From: Candidatus Moanibacter sp.
GTDB lineage: Bacteria; Verrucomicrobiota; Verrucomicrobiia; Opitutales; UBA2987
Length of the DNA stretch: 64,000 nt
Direction of reading: 5' to 3'
Assembly: GCA_965215885.1 (NCBI GenBank)
Contig: CBDCEW010000036.1
Coordinates: 1-64,000 of the forward strand
In this document: piece after piece, positions 38,384 to 47,608 of the stretch
Position numbering within the stretch: position 1 is the stretch's first letter
Layout: each line of letters begins with the position of its first letter
The notes under the pieces: model-generated
Database searches by the model: none
The model's input: only the letters and a program-made list of their open reading frames with translations
Told to the model about the DNA's origin: nothing
Made by a program: the position numbers and the translations under genes

Positions 38384-40210
38384 CTAGTAGCGAATAGGTA
38401 GCCGGATCTTCTTTGCCACGGGGTCGCCGTCTTTCAGGGCTGGTTTAAACCGCCATGTCTGGACGGCATCTATGGTTGGTTGGTCAAAATCCGAGTGAAA
38501 GGATTCCGTTATCTCCACTTTTGTTACATATCCTTGTGCGTCGACAAGCAGTTCAAGCAATACGGTACCATGAATACCTTGATCAAGCAGATGGCTTGGA
38601 TATGCCGGGCTGCGTACATGAATTGGCTGTGGAGGGCGATTCATAGCATCGAATTCGTCTTTCGAGCGCTTAGCCACCTTTTCAACGTATTCCCGGTGTG
38701 TTTTTACTCTGTTGACGGCAGAGAAATAGCGAGCCACCACCGTTTCGACATCATCTTCCGAGGCATCGATAGTAGATTGTAGTCTTTGAGCCGCTTTTAC
38801 TCCATGGGTGGCGGCCCGGTTCAGCCATTCAAGGAATTTATCGAAGTCTCTAGGAAAAATTGCACCTTGAGAATACCAAAGAGCCAGGAGAAACTCTGCC
38901 TCCGGATAGTCTTGCTCGGCCGATAGCATCAACCATTTCGCCGCCTCCTTGTAGTCCTGCTCTGCTACCTTTCCTCGGCTGAGGATATTGGCCAAGGTGT
39001 ATTGTGCGGCCGCGTTTCCCAATTCGGCCGCTTTGACGTAATAGTTAAACGCTTCGCTCTCATCTTCGGCTACGCCGAGGCCACGATCATACATCTCCGC
39101 TAAGCTTTGTATGGCGAGGGAGGAATTGCGTTCGGCAGCCTGGCTTAACCAGTAGCGCGCCTTCTCATAGTCCTTCACAACGCCTTCTCCTCCCAGGTAA
39201 AGATTTCCCAACAGCGCCTGAGAACGCAAGTCACCCTGTTTTGCCGAGAATTCGAGCCAATAGAGAGCTTGGTTGGCATCTTTTTCAACTTCTCGACCGA
39301 TGTAATACCAATATCCAAGCTCACCCCGTGCGGGGAAGTCACCACCAATAGCTGCTTTACGGTAGAGTTTGAGGGCCAAAGCATCACTCTGTTCGGTTCC
39401 TGATCCTTGAGCGCACATGCCGGCCAGGTTTGTTGTCGCTTTGACGTGATTTTGATCGCTGGCCTTCTCATACCACTTTGCCGCCTCCTCCAGGTTCACT
39501 TTTCCGAATCGTCCTTCTTCGAAGAGGATTGCCATCATATATTGTGCATCGGGGTGGCCGCTTGTCGCCGCCTTGCTAAACCACGACGCAGCCAATTTTG
39601 GATCGGCCTGAACTCCCTGTCCCTTTTCATAGAGCATACCCAAGTTATATTGGGCGGTGGTGTTTCCTGCTTTTGCCTGATTCTGGTTCCATTCGAAAGC
39701 CCGCTCGAAGTTCCTAGAATAGGCGTTGCCTTCTACAGCGATCCAGCCAAAGTGAGTCGTGCCCGAACCGCTTACGTTCTCGAGTGCCAGATTTTCGTAT
39801 TTTCCGGCCTTCTCGGCATCCTTTGGCGCCTGTGTTCCATTCTCGTATACCCAGTTGAGGTAATGGGCGGCGGTGGCGCTACCTCTGTGGGCGGCGTCAG
39901 CCAGAATCCTCAACGCTTTCTCGTAATCAATGGTAGTGCCAAGGCCGAGCGTATGCATGAATCCCAGGAGACATTTCGCTTGCGGTTCTTTAGCCCTAAC
40001 GAGTGGCTTCAGAATGATAAGCGCCTCTTCATATTTGTCACGATTGAGGGATTCTACGGCCTCTTTCATGAGATCGGCGGGATGCTCTTCCTTGATTACC
40101 TCACCTTCCCTGGCCTTAATCGGCTCTGGGCCGGCCTTTCCCATCGTCACAAGTGCCAGGAACACTGGAACCATAAAGAAACGATGACTATTTCTAGTGG
40201 TTGGTTTCAT
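38384..40210 (-). CDS. Exported Sel1-like repeat protein with C-terminal TonB domain
   Basis: Signal peptide; roughly ten AQYNLG..Y..G.G...D...A..W Sel1 repeats; PAYP..GTVLLELLVD..G..WRFKPALKDGDPV TonB_C. Confidence 0.88.
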   Translation of the reverse strand: MKPTTRNSHRFFMVPVFLALVTMGKAGPEPIKAREGEVIKEEHPADLMKEAVESLNRDKYEEALIILKPLVRAKEPQAKCLLGFMHTLGLGTTIDYEKALRILADAAHRGSATAAHYLNWVYENGTQAPKDAEKAGKYENLALENVSGSGTTHFGWIAVEGNAYSRNFERAFEWNQNQAKAGNTTAQYNLGMLYEKGQGVQADPKLAASWFSKAATSGHPDAQYMMAILFEEGRFGKVNLEEAAKWYEKASDQNHVKATTNLAGMCAQGSGTEQSDALALKLYRKAAIGGDFPARGELGYWYYIGREVEKDANQALYWLEFSAKQGDLRSQALLGNLYLGGEGVVKDYEKARYWLSQAAERNSSLAIQSLAEMYDRGLGVAEDESEAFNYYVKAAELGNAAAQYTLANILSRGKVAEQDYKEAAKWLMLSAEQDYPEAEFLLALWYSQGAIFPRDFDKFLEWLNRAATHGVKAAQRLQSTIDASEDDVETVVARYFSAVNRVKTHREYVEKVAKRSKDEFDAMNRPPQPIHVRSPAYPSHLLDQGIHGTVLLELLVDAQGYVTKVEITESFHSDFDQPTIDAVQTWRFKPALKDGDPVAKKIRLPIRY

Positions 40211-40536
40211 TTGAGAATCTGAGTGTCTGGTTCAGGTATCTTTTTGCCTGTTTACGAAACGAATCCTTACGAGTAGACTCTCAAAAGTGTGCCGTCAAGC
40301 GCTCCCGAGATAGTGGATGGCTTCTAAGACTCTTGGCACGCCAAGGCTCCCGGGGTGACGGCGGTTATCCCGCTTGGCGTTAGAACAGGAAGCTTGTCGA
40401 TTGCAAACCAGCTTCCTATCCCGAAGCGCCGGATGAAACCTGTGGTAGGAAAGTCGCTTGCGGCTGAAAACGGATGAGTCCAGAATCACTCTTTCCGCAA
40501 ATTCCGAATGCTAAGTCCGACAGATTCCTGAAGCTT

Positions 40537-41172
40537 CTATAAGTTGCGCACGACCGCCTTTGCCACCCCTTGTATGATGAGCTCTGCCACGGGATGGAGT
40601 TTCGGATATCGACTGTTTTCCGCCTTGAGGAAGGGCGCCTTTCCGCTCCTTTTTACAAACCTCTTCAGTGTCGTCTCGCCATCGATGAGCGCCGCCACTA
40701 CGTCACCATTTCGAGGCGGACGACGTTCCATTATGACGATATCGCCATCAAAAATGCCCGCGTCGACCATGCTTTCACCCCGTACTTTGAGGGCAAATGC
40801 CCGCCGCGCGCGCCTCAGACCGGCAGTCTCCGCATCGATTTGCAATCGGCCGATCTGGCCTCCGGGCTCCACGCCGTCGGGATATCCTGCCGCGATGCTA
40901 CCGAATATTGGAATATCGACGACTTCCTTCGCCCCGATGGGTACATTCTCGTCGTCGAAGTCCATGGTGATGCGAAAGGTGCGCGCCTGACCCGGCACGC
41001 GGCTGATATAGCCCTTCCGCTCGAGAGCGCGAAGGTGCCCCATCACGGCATTCGTGCTCGCGAATCCGAAGTGCGCCTGAATTTCTCGGAAGCTTGGCCA
41101 TGTGGCTTCCTCGCGCATATGCACTTGTATGTAGCCCAGGATTTCCTGTTGGCGGATGGTTAGATCTTCCAT
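40537..41172 (-). CDS. lexA: SOS repressor LexA
   Basis: LTIRQQEIL, PSFREI, SIAAGYP cleavage site, GESM (Ser) and TLKR (Lys); ATG at 41172. Confidence 0.95.
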   Translation of the reverse strand: MEDLTIRQQEILGYIQVHMREEATWPSFREIQAHFGFASTNAVMGHLRALERKGYISRVPGQARTFRITMDFDDENVPIGAKEVVDIPIFGSIAAGYPDGVEPGGQIGRLQIDAETAGLRRARRAFALKVRGESMVDAGIFDGDIVIMERRPPRNGDVVAALIDGETTLKRFVKRSGKAPFLKAENSRYPKLHPVAELIIQGVAKAVVRNL

Positions 41173-41174
41173 AA

Positions 41175-41211
41175 TGTTCAAATGTATAGATAAACAACTG
41201 TTCAGTGTCAA
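41175..41211 (-). promoter_or_regulatory. Sigma70-type lexA promoter overlapped by degenerate TGTTC-N4-GAACA-like boxes
   Basis: Minus strand TTGACA-17 nt-TATACA ending 10 nt before ATG; overlapping TGTTT-N4-ATACA and TATAC-N4-GAACA. Confidence 0.55.
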
Positions 41212-41426
41212 GAGGCGAAAGTCGATTTATTTGATTGGAGATAACTCTGTAAATCCAGTATCCCTGAATGTGGAGAACTTACTGCCGATCTCGCCTATGT
41301 GGGATAGTTCTTCCATTATACAATTTAGGAATCTGTGCGACTTTGCCCATTGAAAAGGCCTTCCTGGTAAACGCTTGACGCCCTAGATTTGGGGCAATGA
41401 GCTCAGTGGGGAAGGCCGAATGAGTG

Positions 41427-41456
41427 GATTGCTTCGTCATTCTTCCTCGCAATGAC
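41427..41456. repeat. REP-like palindromic unit GATTGCTTCGTCATTCTTCCTCGCAATGAC
   Basis: Resembles the widespread GTCATTGCGAG...GAAGCAATC REP-type repeat; single copy here. Confidence 0.5.
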
Positions 41457-41557
41457 ATGCCTCGCACACTGTGGAGCGTGGATGATGGATGATTTTCAAT
41501 CGATCCGCATTAGGACCGAATGTTGCTCACGTTCGGCACGTAGAGGCTGATGTTCGA

Positions 41558-41959
41558 TTAAGCACGTTCGAACTGTCCTGTGCTTAAGAGTACCAGAGTA
41601 CATGCCTCCACTACGTGAATGCCTGCTTCAACGAGTGTCGCCTGGTGCGCAGGGGACTCTGATCCAGGGTTGAAGATACACCGGCGCGGGTGAGTTTGTG
41701 TGATCGACTCGATCATGTCATCGAGCCTTCCGGGATTGACGTATATGGTGACTGTGTCCAAAGGCTCGCCAACTTCCTCCAGGTTTCTGTAGCCTTTGAC
41801 GCCAAGAATTTCTTTGCCATCGGCGGAGATCGGGAATACTCGGTGGCCGGCTTTCATAAGCCGCTTCTGAGCCGTGTTTGAGGTTCGTACTTCTTTATCG
41901 CTGGCGCCGATTATTCCTACTTTCATCGCTGCCGATTCCTTAGTTCTGATTTTGCGCAT
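41558..41959 (-). CDS. CoA-binding protein (YccU-like)
   Basis: VGIIGAS, LDTVTIYV, FNPGSE, EACTLVLLSTGQF; true start possibly 41926. Confidence 0.88.
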   Translation of the reverse strand: MRKIRTKESAAMKVGIIGASDKEVRTSNTAQKRLMKAGHRVFPISADGKEILGVKGYRNLEEVGEPLDTVTIYVNPGRLDDMIESITQTHPRRCIFNPGSESPAHQATLVEAGIHVVEACTLVLLSTGQFERA

Positions 41960-42071
41960 GATTCAACTGCTTTTGGTCATTGGAGGAAAGAAGCGTATAC
42001 ACTTATCAATGTCCTAACTTATCTTACGTAGCTGGACCGCTTCTGGTTCAGTTCTCTTCGCAAAGATTGAA

Positions 42072-43379
42072 TCAAGAGAACAGAATCCGTTCGATGGTGT
42101 GCAGGGTTTTTTCGGTGGCGCCCTTGTTTGTGCTGTGCCATTCGACAGCAGCTTTGGACATGGAGTCACGCTCTTCAGGGGACTTAAGAAGCAGAACCAA
42201 TTTCTCCTTCAGGTCAGCTTCGTTAGTAACCATTTGAGCGGCGCCACAATCGAGCAACGCCTCACTTATCGTGAGAAAACTACTCATTCCAGGTCCAAAT
42301 AGAATCGGTTTTCCGAGAATGGCCGATTCTATAGGAGTTTGGCCTTCGGTGTGCGGATACAGGCTCTTGCCGACAAAAGCAATCTCGGCAATCTGGGTGA
42401 GCAGTTTCAGCTCTCCCGTCGTATCGCCAACGTAGATCATTGTTGGATTTGGGGCCTGGTTACCGAACGATCGAAAATGGTAGGGGTAGTCAGACTCGTT
42501 TAGGAGGGACTCGATTTCGTTGCGTCTTTCCGCGTGCCGAGGCACAATCAGGAGGCGGCACGGTATATTTTCGGCGAGGATCGAATGGAATACCTTGATA
42601 AGGGTCGCTTCCTCTCCGGGCCATGTTGAGGAACCTAGAAGAATCAGTGGCTCGCAGCCCTCGTTGCTCTGACGTTGGAATCCGAACTCATGCCTGAGTT
42701 CTAATTTCTCGGAATCATTGAGAAGCGGTTCAATCGAGATGTCGCACTTTAGATTATCTGCCATACGCAAATTTGAGGGGACGGCACCGAGTTGAAGAAA
42801 ACGCTCATAATCGATATCTGAGGAAGTAAGAATGGCACCGAAAGAACTGATTGTAGACCTGATGGTCCAGGGAAACATCCAGTAACGCTGGTAGGAGCGA
42901 TCAGATAAGCGAGCGTTTATGAGGATAGTCCGGACATTGCGAGACTTCGCCTGATTTATATGTTCGGGCCATAGTTCGCCTTCAGTAAGAATGGCGAGAG
43001 CGGGGTCGATTCGACTCCAAGCTAACCTGCTGAAGAGCCAGAAATCTAACGGAAATATTCCAATATATGCGGTAGATTCTCCGTAGCGATCCCGAGCGAG
43101 GCGGAGACCGGTGCTTGTCGTTGTGGTGAGCACGATATCAACTCGGGGATCTTCTGCGAGCTTCCCAAGGAGGGAGCCCAGGGACAGCAACTCGCCGACG
43201 CTGACCGCTTGAATCCAGATTCGCCTTATTCCTTTGCGCTTTTCGGGAACGGGCCCAACGAATCCAAATCGGTGAAAGAATCCGTCTCTATATCCCTCCC
43301 TCCTCCACATGCGAAACAGGTAGTGAGGTGATGCGATCGTGAGGAGGGGAAGGAATAAGAAACGGTAGAGCCAGATCAT
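42072..43379 (-). CDS. waaA: 3-deoxy-D-manno-octulosonic acid transferase
   Basis: WIQAVSVGE, TTTTSTG, FPLD, EGELWP, NARLS, VPRHAER, DTTGEL. Confidence 0.93.
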   Translation of the reverse strand: MIWLYRFLFLPLLTIASPHYLFRMWRREGYRDGFFHRFGFVGPVPEKRKGIRRIWIQAVSVGELLSLGSLLGKLAEDPRVDIVLTTTTSTGLRLARDRYGESTAYIGIFPLDFWLFSRLAWSRIDPALAILTEGELWPEHINQAKSRNVRTILINARLSDRSYQRYWMFPWTIRSTISSFGAILTSSDIDYERFLQLGAVPSNLRMADNLKCDISIEPLLNDSEKLELRHEFGFQRQSNEGCEPLILLGSSTWPGEEATLIKVFHSILAENIPCRLLIVPRHAERRNEIESLLNESDYPYHFRSFGNQAPNPTMIYVGDTTGELKLLTQIAEIAFVGKSLYPHTEGQTPIESAILGKPILFGPGMSSFLTISEALLDCGAAQMVTNEADLKEKLVLLLKSPEERDSMSKAAVEWHSTNKGATEKTLHTIERILFS

Positions 43380-43572
43380 TTGATTTGCTTTACTGTTCGT
43401 CAGCTTTTGCCCGGATGGGACGGAGGCCTTCGAACGGGTGGTTCGACTATAAGGCTCCTGAAAGAAGAATTATAGAAAGAGCCGGGACTGGATTGACACA
43501 ACAAAAAGGAATATTCCGTTGTTAATCTTGTCCTAATTAGAGAAGTTGGTGGTCGGAGGGAGAAACACTGAG

Positions 43573-46419
43573 ATGAAAGCTCGAGATAGATTCACAAGAT
43601 TCGTCATCGTAGGATTTCTCTGTATGCTGGTACCTGGTTATTTCGCCCGGGCGGAAGCAGCCTTATGGCCGCACGACGAGAGCGACTTGAAACCGGATCC
43701 GGTGGTAACGTGGGGGATGCTGGAGAACGGGTTTCGATTTGCCGTAATGCCAAACAAGGAGCCGCCCGAAAAGGTCAGTCTTCGCCTCTATGTGGACGCG
43801 GGATCGCTCATGGAGGAGGATGACCAGCGGGGTTTAGCGCATTTTCTTGAGCACATGGCCTTTAATGGATCCCGGAATTTCTCGGAAGGTGATCTGGTCG
43901 AGTATCTTCAGCGGTTGGGGATGGGATTTGGCGCTGACACGAACGCACATACTTCCTGGAAAGAAACGGTCTACTATCTTGAAATTCCGCGGAATGATGA
44001 AGAGACGCTTCGGGAGGGCTTGCAGGTGTTTCGGGACTACGCGGACGGCCTTCTTCTGGATGAGGAAGAGATTGAGAAGGAGCGGGGTGTAATTCTAAGC
44101 GAGAAGCGGGCGCGTGACTCCGTCCGGTTCCGCTTATATAAGGACGAGCTAGGATTCCTGTTTCCCGATACCCTCCTGCCCGGAAGAATCACGATTGGTG
44201 AGGAAGCGGTAATCGAAAATGCAGGCAGAGAACGGTTTGTTGATTTTTACAGGAATTGGTACTCGAGCGATCGGATGGTCCTTGTGGCGGTAGGCGATAT
44301 TCAGCCCGGTTCGGTAGAGCCTCTCATCGAGGAATATTTCTCTTCCCTGGTGGCTCCGTCAGAGACCCGACCGGATCCAGAGATCGGCGAGATTGTGGGA
44401 ACTGGAATAAAGGTGCATATTAGCCGTGAACCGGAAGCATCCTCGACTACGGTGTCCATCCAAACTCTCCGCCCTTATACTCCTCAACCGGACACGTTCG
44501 ATCGCCGGCGCCGGAATCTTCACCGAGTCGTTGCCGTTTCCGTGATCAACCGGAGGTTGGAGATTCTCTCCAAGGAGGAGGGAGCTTCGTTTCGGAGCGC
44601 ATCGACTTTTGCATACGACTGGCTCGACTTTGTCGAGATTGCGGGAATCGAATTGCGCACCAGACCAGAACTGTGGAGGGAGGCCATGAACACGGCAGAG
44701 AAGGAACTGAGACGGGCCCTGGCTTTCGGATTCACCGAGCCCGAACTGGAAGAAGCAAAAGCAAACATACTCAATTCCTTCGAACAGAACGTAAAAGCGG
44801 CGCCGACACGCCAGTCGAGAGGTCTGGCTGGGGCGCTGACCGCGAGTATTTCCGGCAATGACGTTTTCACAAGTCCTGAGGACGATCTGGAAGCGGTTCG
44901 TCGTTCGCTCGTCTCGGCCGACGCGGAAAATTGTCTGGCAGAACTTAGAGGGGCTTGGGAGGGCGGGAATCTTTACCTTCTCGTTGCGGGTAATGTTACG
45001 CTTGAGCGTGCGGAAGAGACAATTTTGACAGCTTATCGGTCGAGTCGGCAAGAGAAGGTGGAACCGCCTCAGGAAGTCATTCAGAAGGCCTTCGCGTATG
45101 GTGGATCGGGAGAGAGTGGAGTAGTAACCGAAAGCAGTACCGATAGCAAACTCGATGTTGAGCAGATTCGCTTCCAGAATGGAGTGAGGCTCAATTTGAA
45201 GAAAACGGATTTCGAGAAGAACGCGATACATCTGTTGGTTCGATTCGGTGGAGGGATGTTGACGGCGCCAGAAGAACTTCCGGGATTGCCCCTTCTCGCA
45301 TCGGCCACTTTTACCGCTGGAGGATTGGGCGAACACAGTTCCGACGAACTCAGCCGGCTCTTTGCGGGAAAGACAGTCGGAATTAACTTCACCGTCCAGG
45401 ACGATGCCTTCATTTTAGCCGGATCCACCGGCCCCGAAGATCTCTTCGAGCAACTTCTAATGATGCGAGCTTTTCTGACTGATCCCGGATATCGCGTGGA
45501 GTCTATTCGCCAGGCGCATAAGCATTTCGAACGCTTGTATCTTCAGTCAAAACAGACGCTGAGGGGAGTGATGCAGAACGAGGTGGCGCTTTTCTTACGA
45601 AGTGGCGATGCGCGTTTCGGGTTGCCTGTAAGATCTCTTTTGTTTGAGCGCACCCTCGATGAGGTGAAAATCTGGTTGGGGCCATATCTGAAATCGAGCT
45701 ACATGGAGGTTTCGATCGTTGGTGATTTCGATCCGGAGGAGACGCTGAGTCTTGTGAGTCAGACCTTCGGCACCTTGCCCACACGGGACGACAGCAAACC
45801 TGCCTATTTGGCAGCTCGACGCGTTTCCTTTCCTGGAAGTGATTCGAAGAGGACTTTTTCGGTGGCGACTGAAATCCCTAAAGCCATCACAGCGGTGTAT
45901 TGGCCGACGGATGACATCTGGGACATCTCTCGCACACGGAGACTGAATCTCCTTGCCGCGGTTCTTAACGATCGGATGCGGATCCGTATAAGGGAGGATT
46001 TGGGAGAAGCTTACAGCCCCAGAGCTTCCAGTCTTCCCAGCGATACATTTGCTCACTATGGGTACCTTGCTGCAATAACAATTACTGATCCCCTCCAGGC
46101 CGAGCGGGTGATTACGGCGATGAAAGAGATTGCTAACAATCTTAAGAAGGAGGGTGTATCCCAGGACGAACTCGACCGCGCCCTCAAACCGCTTCTCAAC
46201 GGATTAAAAGAATGGGTGCGAAACAATGACTACTGGTTAGGCACGGTCATGGGTAGTTCACAGGAATATCCGGAGCGTTTGGAATGGTCGAGGAGTATGG
46301 TGGACGATTTTCAGTCCATCTCTGTCGAGGACGTGAACAGGCTGGCCGAACAGTATATTGGGGGTCACCACGGGGTCGAAGTAATCGTAACGCCCGCCGG
46401 GCCCGTCGTCGAGGAATAG
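43573..46419 (+). CDS. M16 family zinc protease (PqqL-like), exported
   Basis: Signal peptide; GLAHFLEHMAFNGS (HxxEH), NAHTS, IREDLGEAYS. Confidence 0.93.
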   Translation: MKARDRFTRFVIVGFLCMLVPGYFARAEAALWPHDESDLKPDPVVTWGMLENGFRFAVMPNKEPPEKVSLRLYVDAGSLMEEDDQRGLAHFLEHMAFNGSRNFSEGDLVEYLQRLGMGFGADTNAHTSWKETVYYLEIPRNDEETLREGLQVFRDYADGLLLDEEEIEKERGVILSEKRARDSVRFRLYKDELGFLFPDTLLPGRITIGEEAVIENAGRERFVDFYRNWYSSDRMVLVAVGDIQPGSVEPLIEEYFSSLVAPSETRPDPEIGEIVGTGIKVHISREPEASSTTVSIQTLRPYTPQPDTFDRRRRNLHRVVAVSVINRRLEILSKEEGASFRSASTFAYDWLDFVEIAGIELRTRPELWREAMNTAEKELRRALAFGFTEPELEEAKANILNSFEQNVKAAPTRQSRGLAGALTASISGNDVFTSPEDDLEAVRRSLVSADAENCLAELRGAWEGGNLYLLVAGNVTLERAEETILTAYRSSRQEKVEPPQEVIQKAFAYGGSGESGVVTESSTDSKLDVEQIRFQNGVRLNLKKTDFEKNAIHLLVRFGGGMLTAPEELPGLPLLASATFTAGGLGEHSSDELSRLFAGKTVGINFTVQDDAFILAGSTGPEDLFEQLLMMRAFLTDPGYRVESIRQAHKHFERLYLQSKQTLRGVMQNEVALFLRSGDARFGLPVRSLLFERTLDEVKIWLGPYLKSSYMEVSIVGDFDPEETLSLVSQTFGTLPTRDDSKPAYLAARRVSFPGSDSKRTFSVATEIPKAITAVYWPTDDIWDISRTRRLNLLAAVLNDRMRIRIREDLGEAYSPRASSLPSDTFAHYGYLAAITITDPLQAERVITAMKEIANNLKKEGVSQDELDRALKPLLNGLKEWVRNNDYWLGTVMGSSQEYPERLEWSRSMVDDFQSISVEDVNRLAEQYIGGHHGVEVIVTPAGPVVEE

Positions 46420-46687
46420 CCCGCTTTTCTCACCGTATTCCCAAGGAGGGTGTTGCGGCAAGACGCTGTTCCCAAAGAATTGCTGCCTGCCACAATAGCG
46501 GGCTATCAAAAAAAAGGCACGGAAGATATTTAAGGGAGGGTTCCAAGATCCTCTCTTTTTGCCTGGCAACTTATCGGACCCAGATTCCGATACACTTTTT
46601 ATCTCTTCGAGCGTTAAAAGGATTAAAGTTTTCCCGGTAAGGTGCGATATCAGGGGTGTTTCTTTTAATCCTTAGTAGTCCATAATT

Positions 46688-47377
46688 ATGAAATCCTTAT
46701 TTGAAGTTTATCGAGATTCTAAAGCTGAGAGGAAAGAAGGTTTCAGCCTCATTGAGATGATAGGAGTGCTGGCTATCGTTGCGATCCTCTCGGCGGTAAT
46801 TCTGCCCAAGATCTTTGACGCCATGGAGACATCGCGCGTTAACAGCACGATGGTGAATATTAATGCGATAAGGGTCGCGACTACCGATTTTGTGAAAAGA
46901 TACGGAACTGTCCCTTTAACCAATAGTCGATCGAGAATCGACGATCTCCTCGCGGCGGCCGGTTTTTTTGACCAGCGCTTCACAGCCAAGATCGGTTCGC
47001 AGGCAGATCCTTACGCGGCTGCGGCTTGGACCTTTAATCAAAGCACTGGAGTTTGGACAAGTGCCGGGGGAGCCAGCCAGAATAATCGGACTCGCGTTAT
47101 TGCTCTTACTTCGAATACAACGAATCCAGAAACGGCAGCGGGGCGCAACTACCAGTTTGACGGAACCACTTCTCTTCCCGCCGGTTCAAGAGTCGTTTCA
47201 GCAGTCCTGGAAAATGTGGCTGCGGACGAAGCTCGGAAACTGAGCATAACAATCGATGGGGCGAGTGCATCGGCTCCTGACAATACTGTTTTGGACGGAG
47301 AGGGTAAGATCGTATATAACACTCCGAATGCCAATACTTCCCTGACGGATGTGTTTGTTTATGTAGCCCATCTGTAA
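46688..47377 (+). CDS. Type IV pilin / pseudopilin (probable major subunit)
   Basis: Class III signal KEG|FSLIEMIGVLAIVAILSAVILP. Confidence 0.88.
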   Translation: MKSLFEVYRDSKAERKEGFSLIEMIGVLAIVAILSAVILPKIFDAMETSRVNSTMVNINAIRVATTDFVKRYGTVPLTNSRSRIDDLLAAAGFFDQRFTAKIGSQADPYAAAAWTFNQSTGVWTSAGGASQNNRTRVIALTSNTTNPETAAGRNYQFDGTTSLPAGSRVVSAVLENVAADEARKLSITIDGASASAPDNTVLDGEGKIVYNTPNANTSLTDVFVYVAHL

Positions 47378-47498
47378 CCGACTTTCCATAGTGATGGCAT
47401 CGTCTGTATGCATAGATTCGTTTTGTTTTTCATCTTTCTCTATTTTGAATCAGTGACAATGCGGTTTCGCTTTCTTACCCGAATATAGGAAGATGTCT

Positions 47499-47534
47499 CT
47501 AAGAGCCTGTCGACAAAGTCTGACAGGCTCTTAG
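47499..47534. repeat. Hairpin CTAAGAGCCTGTC-N10-GACAGGCTCTTAG between pilin and ATPase
   Basis: Perfect 13-bp arms; related to the 7192 repeat family. Confidence 0.7.
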
Positions 47535-47608
47535 TCTCAATTCGGGTCAGGATCACGGGGCTTACGCGTCGGCTGGCTGCGTGGTGAACGCGGTCAGCGT
47601 TTATCTGC

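Noticed and set aside
44359..45336. Long antisense ORFs (also 39407..40222, 55494..56288, 19985..20707, 587..1228)
   Set aside because: They shadow well-supported genes on the opposite strand and contain no motifs.
46420..46687. c-di-GMP riboswitch or sigma54 promoter upstream of the pilin
   Set aside because: No convincing GEMM structure or correctly spaced GG-N10-GC consensus found by eye; a covariance-model search would be needed.
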